From positions 64,170,001 to 64,234,000 of the forward strand of contig NC_043005.1 of NCBI RefSeq assembly GCF_006345805.1: a stretch of 64,000 nucleotides of DNA, read 5' to 3'. The notes under the pieces are model-generated. The model was not told where the DNA came from. It saw nothing but the letters and a program-made list of their open reading frames with translations, and did not search any database. This DNA is from Octopus sinensis (taxonomy: Eukaryota). Each line of letters begins with the position of its first letter. Position 1 is the first letter of the stretch. Positions 27,246 through 40,149 of this stretch are shown here, piece after piece. A program made the position numbers and the translations under genes.

Positions 27246-28822
27246 ATTTCTCATTATTTCAGTTTATCGCAATTTTTTTTTAATTTTTCATATTTAGGTT
27301 CCCTATAGAATTGCTATTCAAATGTTCAGGCAGTAAATTTGTATGCTGGTAATATTTTCTATTTTCTCCGTAATCATTCTAATGCACTCTAAGATATGTG
27401 ACACGAATATATATTTCTTAACGCTCTTATTACGAATACTATAATTTGTCGCTTTTCTAAAATATTTATTTTCCTAGATTGTCAATTTTTCAGCAATCAA
27501 CTTGTATTATAGTTAACATGACTCTTAAAGCCACTTATGTTATTTAAACTTTAAACTGTTGTTTTGCTTTCGTTGTTGTTATCATCGTGGCTATCGTAGT
27601 TGTCGTCGAAGTCTTCGTCGAGTATTCCCTAATCACTAGTCACATTACAGAATCGATATCGTAATTTGGCTGCCTGAACACTTAGAAACCATCTTTAATT
27701 TCTGCACTTTCAGTTCTGTATTGATTACTGCCATGCAAATATGTATCTTGTTTTAAGGTGGTGAATCAGGAGAATTCTTAGTGTCTGTGAAAATGTATTG
27801 CGGTACTTGTTCCAGTTCAAATCTTCTGCAATTCAACTTTGCTTTTCGTACTTTCCAAGTCGGATAAAATAAAATAACCGTCAAATAACCGATATTAATC
27901 AACAAGCCTTTTCAACCAAAATTTCTGACCTAACATCAATTATTATTTAGAGTAGTAAGGCGACGAGCTTCGTACAAAATACCAAGTACATTTTACCAAT
28001 ACTTTTTATTCAGAGTTCAAATACTTTGCTTTTAGTCCTTACAAGGTTCAAATACAAGGGTCGATTTAAAACCCTCTCCTAACATTGATGGGCTTTGACT
28101 AACATTGATGGGCATTGATGGGCATTGACTAAAACATTGATGGGCATTGACTAAAACCCTCTCCTAACATTGATGGGCTTGTGCCACAATTTTAAACCAT
28201 TATTTACCGTAAATTGGTAGAATCGTTAGGGCTTCGGTTACAATGCCTTATAGTATCTGTACCGTTATAGTATTTTCATTATGAGTTCAAACCCCGCTAG
28301 GTACACTTTATCTTCCAGACTTTCAGAGTCGATAAAATAAAGTACTGGTGAAACAGTGAGGCCGATTTAATTAATTAACGCCCCCTGCAGAAAAATCCTG
28401 GTTTTGTACCTAAACTTGAAACAATTATCATTCAGTATTTTTCATGTGCGGATTCGTTGTTATATGTTTATATGCAAAAACACATTCATAAATATACACA
28501 CGTAGTATAACCCTTCTTGCAGCAATATACTTGCATACTTTTATAAGTATTTAAATACTTACAGTCAATAATATAAATACATACAAACAGTCATACATAT
28601 ATCTTAAGACGTATTCATCAACCTTTTTACAGACCTATTGCTTTGTCTCCTCGTCTTTATGTCCATCATTTTCAGGCGCTGCACAAACCAGTACGCTAAT
28701 TATTTATATTTATATTATGGTATTTATTTTTCGAAGACTTCATATTGTGTTCATTTCTTTCCTTCCAACATCATTGGTCTTCTGGAGTCCCCTCTCTCTT
28801 CGTTCCTTGTTTCAGTTTGAGA

Positions 28823-29108
28823 AAAACCCCTTCGGTCAAGAATGAATATGTGGTTGGACCTAGAAAATTTCCCTCCGAGGAACAAGTCCGAGCAACGTTG
28901 TTTATGGAAGACCGGCAGTCACCCACGCTACCGATGTTATCCAAGGGAAAGGCCAATACGGATTGGTACCAGTTACATAACAACTCATTTCTACAGCTGA
29001 GTGAACTGGAGCAACGTGAAATAAAATATCTTGCTCGAGAACACAACACATATCCCGGTCCGGGAATTGAACTCACTACCTCTTGATTGTGAGCCCAACG
29101 CTCTAAAC
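28823..29108 (-). mobile_element. SINE family D
   Basis: caactcatttctacagctgagtgaactggagcaacgtgaaataaa is shared with 47385-47716; tRNA-like head on minus. Confidence 0.85.
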
Positions 29109-29134
29109 AAAACACTAATGCTATCAGTTTCACC

Positions 29135-29370
29135 AAGGCGGTGAGCTGGCAGAAACGTTAGCACGCCGGGTGATATGCGTAACCGTATTTTGTCTGCCGT
29201 TACGTTCTGAGTTCAAATTCCGCCGAGGTCGACTTTGCCTTTCATCCTTTCGGGGTCGATTAAATAAGTACCAGTTACGCACTGGGATCGATATAATCGA
29301 CATAATCCCTTTATCTGTCCTTGTTTGTTCCCTCTGTGTTTAGCTCCTTGTGGGTAGTAAAGAAATAGGC
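29135..29370 (+). mobile_element. Young full-length SINE B with TSD
   Basis: aaggcggtgagctggcagaa...gtgggtagtaaagaaatagg; TSD atcagtttc(a/g)cc at 29123 and 29371. Confidence 0.92.
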
Positions 29371-29522
29371 ATCAGTTTCGCCGGTCTCACAGAACCTGCA
29401 AAGGTCACGGGCACTACCTCCTTCCACCACACCCAGCAAGAAAACAATATTGGGAGACGCAGGCATTTCTGCGGAGTTAGGAAATTCCCTTTTTTTTAAA
29501 TCATATGGCTATGTTATTTTTT

Positions 29523-29653
29523 TTAACACCGCCAATGAAGTTATGTTTTTGCCGGCGTTGGTTTGGGAAATTGGGCGATTTTCAGCATGCGTGTATATGG
29601 GTGGAAATGAGCTACTTGGCGGAGGTCTGCGCTCTCCGATTGCTTTTCTAGTT
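29523..29653 (+). mobile_element. Short non-autonomous Helentron/HINE-like element
   Basis: Subterminal inverted repeat ccgccaa/ttggcgg, 3' imperfect hairpin gcgctc-tcc-gattgc and ctagt end, in a T-rich site. Confidence 0.5.
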
Positions 29654-31359
29654 TGACAAGTGAAAAGTTTACAGATTTTTGTAATCATTTACTAAAAACC
29701 TTGAAAATCCCGTACTCAGTAGAAACGAAAATGGTATTAGTTACATCAGTCCTAATTTTGGAATTCAACTCGGATTTTGCAGCTATCTGTATTCTACGGT
29801 AAATTTATTTGAGTATTATTTTCATAATAGTTAGTAGAATTTCATGGTCTTGTTCAATATATTATTCATATTATTGTTACGTCTTTTAGGTAACATAAAA
29901 CTTATTTTCTGATATACTTGAAGTCCAATTTGATGCTACCTATGATAGTTTAATATAAGATGAACCGCGGTATAGAGCTCATATAACTGAATCAGTGCTG
30001 GGGGTGCATTTCTCAAAACAAAATAAACTGAGCCGACTAATCAGTGATCTAAAGCTAAATCATATAGCAGCTCCCCTGTGCTTTCCGCAATACCATACAC
30101 CTGCTTTCATTTATCATGCAGAGCTTCTGACATTTACAACTACAGGCTGTATTTATCTATTATATATATTTACAGTTAAATGTACTAAGCCAGCTAGTGT
30201 TAAACATTTTGACCTTGCAAACAGCTCTCTGTTAGCCATAGATTCTGAATCATGGACGTTTCAAACAAAACAATATAGTTTACACTATCGATTTAGCAAG
30301 CTGTACCACTTATGAATTGTTTATAGAAGAGAACTGATTTAGCAAGTTGGTAATTAGCCAAGCTTAATTGAAGACAACTTAGAGATGATGAAAGGATGGC
30401 AATGTTGTGTAAGAAAATTATTTAAAAATAAAAAAACAACTACATAACAATACTATAATGAATATAAAATGACTATGGTTCACAATGTTACTAAGAATCA
30501 GGTTTCATGTAATGATTTCCAAAGCAAATATATTAACGAAGGAACAAACATTGAGACAAGTGTTTTTGATCGAGGCCAAATCTGAAAACAGGGTAAATAA
30601 CATAATGAACTCGAGTAAAGTAAATCATTACACATTCGACAAGCCTCGAGATTATATTGTCTATTCATTAATTAATTTACTTCTTTATTTCATTATTAAT
30701 CTATTAGGGTTTTTTTTTTCTTTGTAACCTCTCGTGGAACTGAAATCACCAAGGAGTGGGTTTTGCTCCGAACAGACCTGATAAGTGAGTTAATAAATTT
30801 GGAAAACATATGAATAACTCACCCTTCTCGTTTTCAGTTCATTCCATGTAAATGCAGATGGATGACTGAATGAACGGCTTGCATATTAAATATTTATAAT
30901 AACGAGGGAGAGACAGAGGCATTCGAAGTAGTGTATATATGTATGTATTTATGTACGTGTATGTGTGTCTCTATGTATGTATGTATGTATGTATGTATGT
31001 ATGTATGTATGAATATGTATACGGATATAGCTATACATACATATATCATTTTGTTGTGTAGGCACCGATACCTTTAGCACCGGGCAAAGATCCCATGGAC
31101 CAATTTATAGCATATCATTTTTAGAGAATCTTTTATAGGCTCTTAAAATCTGGGTTGGGAGACGTTTTGAGTATGTAGTCGATTGCATTGAGAATAAAAC
31201 GTTCGGCTTTCTTTTTATTATATATACACAAACTCACAAACATGTATAGGCATATATTTATGCATACATAAAGTGTGTGTGTGTGAATGTGTGCATGTGT
31301 GTACGTGTGTATTGTTTGTTTTATGTCGAGTTATAAAAACAACTTTAAACTGGAGGAAT

Positions 31360-31383
31360 ATATATACATATATATTTATAAAT

Positions 31384-31414
<31 letters not shown>

Positions 31415-31462
31415 TACATATATATATATATATACACATATATATATATATACACACATATA

Positions 31463-31530
<68 letters not shown>
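31360..31530. repeat. (TA)n(CA)n tract
   Basis: Direct reading. Confidence 0.92.
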
Positions 31531-31890
31531 AGGAAAACTTGGACAAGATAGAAAATGCTAAAATAATTTTATCATGAAGAACAATCTAGCACCGGTTTCA
31601 GTCTTTGCGATTTTTTCAACTCAGAGTATAGCATGAAAGACCATCACATTGTGGAAAACTTAAATGAAATGATAATAAATCTCTGAACGAGGTATAGACA
31701 GTAACTGCACGACAGTGTGAGGTATATTTGCCATCTCAATATGGCTAACCACTAAGGGTGGATGTTACTGTAGCTTGTAGCCCCAGAACATCTCCTCCAG
31801 CTGGCTATAGGCACACTTTCTGTGTCCTATCGGTATTTGCAAATGAAATGGGTTTTTTTAATATTTCCATAGTTTTCAAATAAGTGGACA

Positions 31891-31921
<31 letters not shown>

Positions 31922-32271
31922 ATCGTTTACTTTTGTGATGGCTTGGTAGGTAGGTAGGTAGGTAGGTAGGTAGGTAGGTAGTAGCAGATTTGAAGAAATC
32001 TTTAATATGAGTGATGCTGGTTCTGCATTTTGATTGTTTGAGAAACAGTAGCCGAGGAAGGAGGCGGCGAAGAAGGAGTAGACGAAGAGAAAGATGGAAA
32101 ATACGGGTGTGGTATATATGTGTGAGGGGGTGTAAAACAAAACTAAGAATGGATAAAATCATATTTTTAAATGGTGATTCCACCATACCCATACAATGAT
32201 GGCGGAGGCATTGTATGTATTTATGTATTTATGTATGTATGTATTATGTATGCATGTATGTGTGTGTATGT

Positions 32272-32657
32272 ATTATTTTATTCTTTTATATTTCAGTCAT
32301 TTGACTGCGGCCATGCTGGAGCACCGTCTTTAGCCGAGCAAATCGACCCAGGATTTATTCTTTGTAAGCCTAGTCGTAATCTATCAGGGGATTTTCCCGA
32401 ACCGCTACGTTACGGGGACGTAAACGCACCAACATCGGTTGTCAAGCAATGTTGGGTTGGGAACAAACACAGGCACACAAACATATATATATATATATGA
32501 CGGGATTCTTTCAGTTTCCGTCTACAAAATCCCCTCACAAGGCTTTGGTAGGCCCGAGGCCATTGTAGAAGACACTTGCCCAAAGTGTCATGCAGTGGGA
32601 CTGAATCCGGAACCACGTGGTTAGTAAGCAAGCTACTTACCAAATATCCACTCCTGT
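32272..32657 (-). mobile_element. SINE family A (short internal microsatellite)
   Basis: Same head and tail blocks as the other A copies. Confidence 0.88.
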
Positions 32658-34081
32658 GTGTCTATGTACATAAACATTGAAAAAGCATCTTGCAGATATA
32701 ACGATATTCAATATATTGCATGCTCAGCGTTTCAGAAACTATGATCAAATTATGCAAGCCATCAAAAGGAACTAAACTCAATAACGCCGCGGATGACCAA
32801 AATATTGACCAAATTTCTTTAAATCTCTTTGCTTATTTCAGCGATTGTTGTATTATTTAGCTCCATGTCATACCTGATCCAGAAAATGCGCTCCAATTGT
32901 AACCAATTCATATTTTTTTATACACAAGACATCTTGAACGAACTTAAACCATATGTCTTCCAGCCGTATGATATGATTCCAGGGAGGTTTGGCTACTATT
33001 ATTAGAAAGTCAAGCCACCAAATAGAGTATCTTCACTCGAGTTTACAGATGATGTTTAACCATTCATCGGCCCTAACTGAAAGATTTTTGATCAAAAGCA
33101 TTCCAATTGAGACCTTCCCCCTTATTTTTTTTAATACTCATTGTAGCCTTGCCTACACTATGTAATAAAGTTCGATGTAATTTGAGAGAGACTTCTCTGC
33201 TATTTTAGTAGTCCGTGCCAATCGCGTATAGGCTTCCTTATTTTTATTTCGACAGTCTACAAAACAGCAACTACCTATTTACTACTTAACAAAATTAGTC
33301 ACTGAACGCTTCATCCCTGAACCATATGTACATTGTAGCGTTAGCAGCAAAATACCATCAACAGACACTTCAGAGAAAAATATGGATCGTTATCAATTCA
33401 TCAAATTCTCCAGTTCAACTGCAATTATTTTTAGTAAAAATAATTTATTAATGGTTCAAGACATCAGGAAATTTTCTTTTTGACAAGGATAGAGAAAAAA
33501 ACAAGCTGCGCTAAAGGTCTTCTCTGAGAAATTAATACTTTCCCTGCAGCATGTAACAAACACTTGAATCTTGACCCAGCCTGAACTATTAATATTTTAT
33601 TAAATCGGGCATTTTATTTCTGAAATCAATACAAATGATAAATGTCTAAATTGAAAATGGACGTTGCCTCACTGAAATGACAAACGTGCAATCGTAATTT
33701 GACATTTTATTTTATTTTTTTTTTATGCATTCATAGAGATTTGAAAATGTGCTGGTGCAATAAAAAAGAAGCTAATCCTGGGAAACACTATGTAACTGAA
33801 TCCCGCACCTATTTTTGAATGTTTTGATGTAATTACGAGTGATACGCCGCCTCAACGAATTCAAGTTGCCATTTTGTAAACGTTTATATCTCCACCAACA
33901 CCCGTTTGGTGGTAATAGTGTGTCGTTATTTATCACCAAATTTGTTTTCGTCGAGTAAACATATAATCAGAGCTCTACCAGTCGTAATTATCCAGGCTTT
34001 TCCCAAAGCGCATTGCACCTATATACACACCCATAATATGCTAGCCCTTTCTAACACAGCATATATACATATATATATGCA

Positions 34082-34274
34082 TACAACTAAAAATAAGGGT
34101 GTCTGAGAGACACCACCATTCCGAAATAGCAGTCAAAAGCCTGACTCTAAGAACCACGTTAAATGTTCATATCTCATGGTGCGATATGAACATTTAACGT
34201 GGTTCTTAGAGTCAGGGTTTTGACTGCTATTTCGGCATAGTGGTGTCTCTCAGACACCCTTATTTTTAGTTGTA
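34082..34274. repeat. 193-bp hairpin (92-bp arms, 9-nt loop)
   Basis: Arms 34082-34173 and 34183-34274 are reverse complements, with 3 mismatches counted by eye. Confidence 0.95.
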
Positions 34275-34344
34275 AAAAATTATTACCTTTGTATGGTATT
34301 TTTCCCATGCTGGCCACTTGATAATATCGATATTATCCTTATTT

Positions 34345-34373
34345 ATAAATATATATATGCATAGATATATATA

Positions 34374-34426
<53 letters not shown>

Positions 34427-34534
34427 GTATATATGTATATATATATTTATATATGTATATATGTTATATATATATATATATATGTGTGTGTATATATATA
34501 TATATGTGTATGAGTATATGTATATATATATATG

Positions 34535-34566
<32 letters not shown>

Positions 34567-34568
34567 TA
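34345..34568. repeat. Degenerate (TA)n tract
   Basis: Direct reading. Confidence 0.9.
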
Positions 34569-35398
34569 ATTAGAAAATAGTGATACAAGAAGGTACCAAT
34601 GATTGCTCGAAATAGCAAAAGATAACTGTACGACGCTATGTGAAACTTCACTGAGTGTATACAAGTCTTGTAAATATACCTAGCCACGTCTCTCTAGACG
34701 ATACATTAATTTATTTCGCCATGTTTCAAGCCAAGTACAAGACAGTTTGTCAGTTGCTTTTAAAGCAAATTGCGTCTGAACAAGGAAGGTTTTATAAGAA
34801 AGAAGACGAAAAGAAAAACACAGTGGATTAACCAACGTTACAATAAACGAATGTCAGAAAACGTAAGCAAAATATTAATTTTTTTACGATGTGTCCGGTT
34901 GCCTATTTTTAAATTCCGCCATGATGTATTTCTTACAATGCGGACATAAAGAAAAATCTCGTTCCTGAAATTTACACAGTCGTAGGAGTCTCTCAAGATC
35001 TTTAAGAGATATAGCTTCTCAAGGGAACATATTGAACATCCTTTTGACCGTTAATATACATTGATATATATTAGCATATATATGAACAAAATAATCTTAT
35101 GAATTTGTATAGCAAAATGAACTAGGAGTGTATTGGATGCTTTACATGCTAAATTCTTAGTTTGTTAACTTTCTACTGGAGACGCAAAACGCTTAAACAC
35201 ATTTCATCGTCGATCTAAAATTTCCACCAATCAACGCGTTGGTATTATTATATGTAATGAAATAAATGGAATAGAAAGTGTATCTTGGCAGTATATGAAT
35301 TGCAGCAGAGACAGCCCGAACAAATAACTAACTGAAACACACACTAAGATGACTGTCACAATTCACTTCACACTCACACACACACACATATGTATATG

Positions 35399-35430
<32 letters not shown>

Positions 35431-35489
35431 TGTATGTATGTATGTATGTATGTATGTATGTATATTTATAAATTGGATATACTATTATA

Positions 35490-37385
35490 TAACCAAAGTG
35501 ACAAAACAATTGAAGAATCTAGCTCTCTCTACAGACGGGATTGCGAAAAAATGTAAGAAAATAAGGAACATGGAACTAGACCTCAAAATATCTTAGGAAA
35601 AAAAACTTCGCTAAAGGAACACCGAGCAGTGGAGAATATAAAAGCTAGTCCTAAATTCTTTTTTCCTGTTGCTAAGCATGGCCCACTAATGGACCAAAAT
35701 GGCTCATATACTAATGATTCATCACAAATATGTGCACTCTTGAGTCAACAATGCAACAGTGCCTTCTTTCAACCTATGATTGACAAAATAGTGCATAATC
35801 CAAAGGAATTCTTTGATCCCCAGAATTCAACTGCACAGACACATCTAGAGATTTTAGATATCATGGAAGAAGACATAGTTACAGCTATTAATGATCTATA
35901 TCGAAATTCAGCACCAAGACCAGATGGTCTCCCAGCCATACTATAGAAAACTTGCAAAAACAGACTCGCCAAGCCATTAAAGTTACTATTTCAAAAGTCG
36001 CTTGAAACCGGCATATTCCTAGAACTATTGAAAGAAGCAACAGTAACACCTATCCATAAAGGATGTAGCAGGGCAGAAACTAAAACCTACAGACCAGTTT
36101 CTCTCACGTCACACACATCTGAAATTGAAGAACGCTTTGTCCGAAACAGAATAACTGCATATCATGAGGAAAACAACCTCTTAGATAATACATAGCATGG
36201 TTTTCGGACTGGACGAGGTTGCCTAACACAACTATTATAACGCCATAACACTATTCTCAATAATCTCCTAAATGGAAAGGACACTGACTGCATACACCTT
36301 GATTTTGCTAAAGTGTTTGTCAAGGTTGATCATAGAGTCATCTATCTTAGGATAAGGGATCTTAGTATCATAGGAAAACTTAGAGAATGGCTCTTTGACT
36401 TCCTACGGGATAGGAATCAATCTGTTGCTGCCAACAGTTACCTCTCAGCAAGGTCATCCGTAATAAGCGGTATACTTCAGTGTTCGGTTCCAGGACCATT
36501 ATTATTTACCATAAGCCTATCAGTCATAAGCTCACAAGTGCAATCGGCCCACTTAATGACGACAAAAGAATATCAACGGCAATCCAAACTCCAGCAAATG
36601 CCATCATACTCCAAAATGACCTAAATATCATTTATCAATGGATAGATAAAAATATGAAATTTAATACATCAAAATTTCAAGAACTTCATTATGGAAGGAA
36701 TAGACAGAAATCCCAATATATGGCGCGAGGTTCAGAACACTGACGATATACGGGATTAAGGAATAATCATGTCAAATGATGCATCTTTCATCAGTCACAT
36801 CACCAAACTGACCTCTAAATACAGACATCTCACAGGATGGATACTGTGAACCTTACGACAAGAGAACCGGTAGTTATACTAACACTATGGAAAACCATAG
36901 TTCTGAGCAGATTAGATTACTACTCACAGCTTAGGTACCCAAATTCACCCGGTCTCATAGAAGAAATTGAAGGGTTACAAAGAACACTCACTAGTAAAAT
37001 AACTTCAGTTAATGGCCTCAATTACCGGGAACGCCTGAAAATTCTACGATTCTTCTTTCTTCAATGCCGAAGAGAGAGATATACAATTATATACGTATGG
37101 AAGATCCTGAGGGTGGGGCATGTTCCAAACATCGGCATTAAAGTGAATTTCAATGCTCGAACTCACGAGCAAAAACATTCTACTGTACCAGTCTAATATT
37201 CAGAAGTCCCAAAGAGATTAGAAATATAAAAGGGACCTCTACTGAAACATTAAAAAATCATTGGATGAATTCGAACGACGATACCGGACCAACCAATCAT
37301 TCAATGACACACTCAGGGGAGATCAGCAACTAGAAACTCGATCATCGACCAATTTCCAATCACAAAGCGACAACAAAATATATAA
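35490..37385 (+). mobile_element. Degraded CR1-group LINE, RT region to 3' end
   Basis: Frames give NSAPRPDGLPAIL, LKEATVTPIHKG, YRPVSLTSH, HLDFAKVFVKVDH, SGILQCSVPGPLLF, NMKFNTSKFQEL, SRLDYYSQL and NYRERLKIL..LQCRRERY; many stops and frameshifts. Confidence 0.88.
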
Positions 37386-37682
37386 AAAAAATCAAGGCCG
37401 TGTTCCGACATGGCCTCTGTCCGATGATTGACACCATTAAAAGAATAAAAGGATACAGAATCTATGATATAAAACATATACACAATATATATTGTATATG
37501 TATAAATTATATATACTATTCGAAGTACACTATCTGTATTTATCATGTATATAATATATACTGTATATAATATATATATATTACGGAGATGTACTCGCAT
37601 AGCAAGTGATTTGATCTGAGATCGTGTGCTGGAACGAAAACAATTGCAGCGTGGAAGGTGTTTGTAAGCCATTTAAGTTTAA

Positions 37683-37732
37683 TTTGTCAACATATTTTCG
37701 TCGCTAAAATCCGCGACCTCTTCACTGACAAA
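37683..37732 (-). ncRNA. Variant type I minimal hammerhead ribozyme-like motif
   Basis: Minus: tttgtca-GTGAAGA-g-gtcgc[ggatttta]gcgac-GAAA-atatgt-tgacaaa; stems I and II pair; core C3>G and a shortened stem III. Confidence 0.5.
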
Positions 37733-37741
37733 CATCCGTGC

Positions 37742-37798
<57 letters not shown>

Positions 37799-37916
37799 TA
37801 TATATATTGCATATATATTGTGTGTATATATACTGTATATATATATAAATATGTGTGTGTGTGTGTGTGTCTGTGTTATAATTTAGAACAAACAGTAAAA
37901 GGTTGTCATTACGGTA

Positions 37917-37965
<49 letters not shown>

Positions 37966-38078
37966 TATGTATATATATAAATAGTCTTATTCTTTTGCTC
38001 TTACTTTGTATTATTATTATTATTATTATTATATTATTATCATTATATTATATATATATTTGTGTATGTGTAAAGTAG

Positions 38079-38143
38079 GTTTAGAAAAAAACCATTGGTT
38101 TCATATCTAGCGGAAACTAGACATCTCTTCCGTTTTTCTAAAC
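38079..38143 (-). ncRNA. Variant type I hammerhead ribozyme-like motif
   Basis: Minus: gtttagaaaaa-CGGAAGA-g-atgtctag[tttccg]ctagatat-GAAA-ccaatgg-TT-tttttctaaac; 11-bp stem I, 8-bp stem II, palindromic stem III; core U4>G. Confidence 0.6.
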
Positions 38144-38199
38144 AGTAACCGTTCTCTGCAATATATATAATATTACATGTAATGTATATTACATACGGA

Positions 38200-38403
38200 C
38201 ACACATACATACATATATATTTATATATGCGTGCGTGCGTGTGTGTCTGTGTCTATGTGTATTTTAATATTATACATAATATATATGTACTGCATATATA
38301 ATATATATATGTATATATGTATGTATATATATATAAATATATATGTATATATGTGTATATATATATAAATATATATGTATATGTGTATATATATGTATAT
38401 ATA

Positions 38404-38485
<82 letters not shown>

Positions 38486-38491
38486 ATATAT

Positions 38492-38535
<44 letters not shown>
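38200..38535. repeat. (TA)n tract
   Basis: Direct reading; further tracts at 37745-38060. Confidence 0.9.
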
Positions 38536-38536
<1 letters not shown>

Positions 38537-39049
38537 TTTTGTCTGACTTACCATAAATATAACATAATTTTATTTTATAGAAATTCCACAATTAAATTCG
38601 TTGATTGCTGGCTTAAGGTTGAACAGATACTGTATTACAGTCAACAAATAAGATTGCACAGTAAATTAAAGTTACTTTGTTTCTATTTTTGTATGTTTTA
38701 TTGAGCTGTCGTTTCTAAAATGAGTTTATTAAAATCATGCTGTTCTTTCATTACAGCTGGAAGGGAATCATTCTTTCTAGATTGTGGGGTTTCTGTTGTT
38801 ATGTCATGTTTAATTACAGACGCGATTGAAATATTATTTCAACCTGATCTGTTCAAATGCTTCAGAAAATACAAGTATTGATAATATTTATATAGAATTA
38901 TGCATAGAATATTTATTAAACCTATCTCAAACTCCTCCAGGAAGCACGACAAGTTGTTTTGTCAGTATATTTTCGTATGTGTGAGTGTGCACATACACAA
39001 GTGTGTCTATAAACACACGCAGACACGTATACACAAATGTGTGTGTGGG

Positions 39050-39238
39050 TGTTGCAAAGTTTGGGACAAGGTGAGAAATTTCGGGAGGGAGGATAACACG
39101 ATCGATCCCAGTGATCAACTGGTACTTATTTTATCGACCCCGAGAGGATGAAATGCGAAGTCGACCACGGCGAAATTTGAACTCAAAACGTAAATACGGA
39201 CGAAATGTCGCTAAGCATATTTCCCGTCGCGCTAACAA
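39050..39238 (-). mobile_element. Older SINE B copy
   Basis: actggtacttattttatcgaccccgagaggatgaaa...gaaatttgaactc. Confidence 0.8.
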
Positions 39239-39289
39239 TGTGTGTGTTGAAAGTGTTTTTTGTTTGAAGAAATTTTAACGGGTGTTCAT

Positions 39290-39603
39290 TCTAATGAATC
39301 TGGCTATGGTAGGTCAGAATCTGTAAATGACAAACTAATTCAGTGGTCTGTTTGTCGAGACAATGGTTTCATTAAGTCGCCATCACAGCTCACTAATTCA
39401 TATGTAATTCAGAAATGACGAAAAAATACTTGCAGTTGTAGGATGGGATTCAAACAAGAATTTTGAGGGCTGAAAAAGGAAAACCTCTTGCAGTTTTAAG
39501 TTACCATAAATTCTGTGTTAAGTTTGTTGCATTTTCAGATGATGGCCTTCTTGCTGCTGGATCTCAAGATGGATCCATTAGTTTGTGGGATATCTATAGG
39601 TAG
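39290..39603 (+). pseudogene. GNB1L: Frameshifted C-terminal fragment of a WD40 protein resembling GNB1L/Asa1
   Basis: Three frames: ESVNDKLIQWSVCRDNGFIKSPSQLTNS / RNDEKILAVVGWDS / TRILRAEKGKPLAVLSYHKFCVKFVAFSDDGLLAAGSQDGSISLWDIYR-stop (39601-39603). This resembles my recollection of the GNB1L C-terminus (ILATAGWD...PLAVLAFH...DGLLAAGSKD...ISLWSLY); two frameshifts. Confidence 0.75.
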
Positions 39604-40149
39604 ATATGTTAAAATTAAATGTTTCAGGTTTACTAGAAGATGGGAGAATGCAGTAGATAAGGAGCTAATATTACTTCAATTACACAGATTTGCAGATTCT
39701 TCATGCCAGCCTTTTTGGAGAGTCTACTGAATGAGTAATGTGTAAGGATTTTTAGGGAACATTTTTACAACTGGGTTTTTATTGTTAAAGTTGACTAAGC
39801 TAACAGAGGATGTTCGCAGTAAGACAGAAAGAACATTTCTCTAAAGTTACAATCAAATATTTGAAATGGTGTATCAAGTGAGAACCTCCTTCAACCATCT
39901 TGTAAATATATATATAAGGCATATCTTTATACAGGCATATGTGCATGTGCACGTTTTAATAAAGACAAGAATTTCAACGAAATGTTTCCTTCTTGTACCG
40001 ACTGTTTTTAATAAAAAAAAAACATATTGAAACCCAGACCAAATGTTTTGATAGGAGAGTATTGTAGTTAGCTTGAAGCATTGCGTATTGTTTGTAAAGA
40101 ATAAAAAGTTTTTAATAGTACAACAAAGGGCTATATGTCTGTTCTAATT

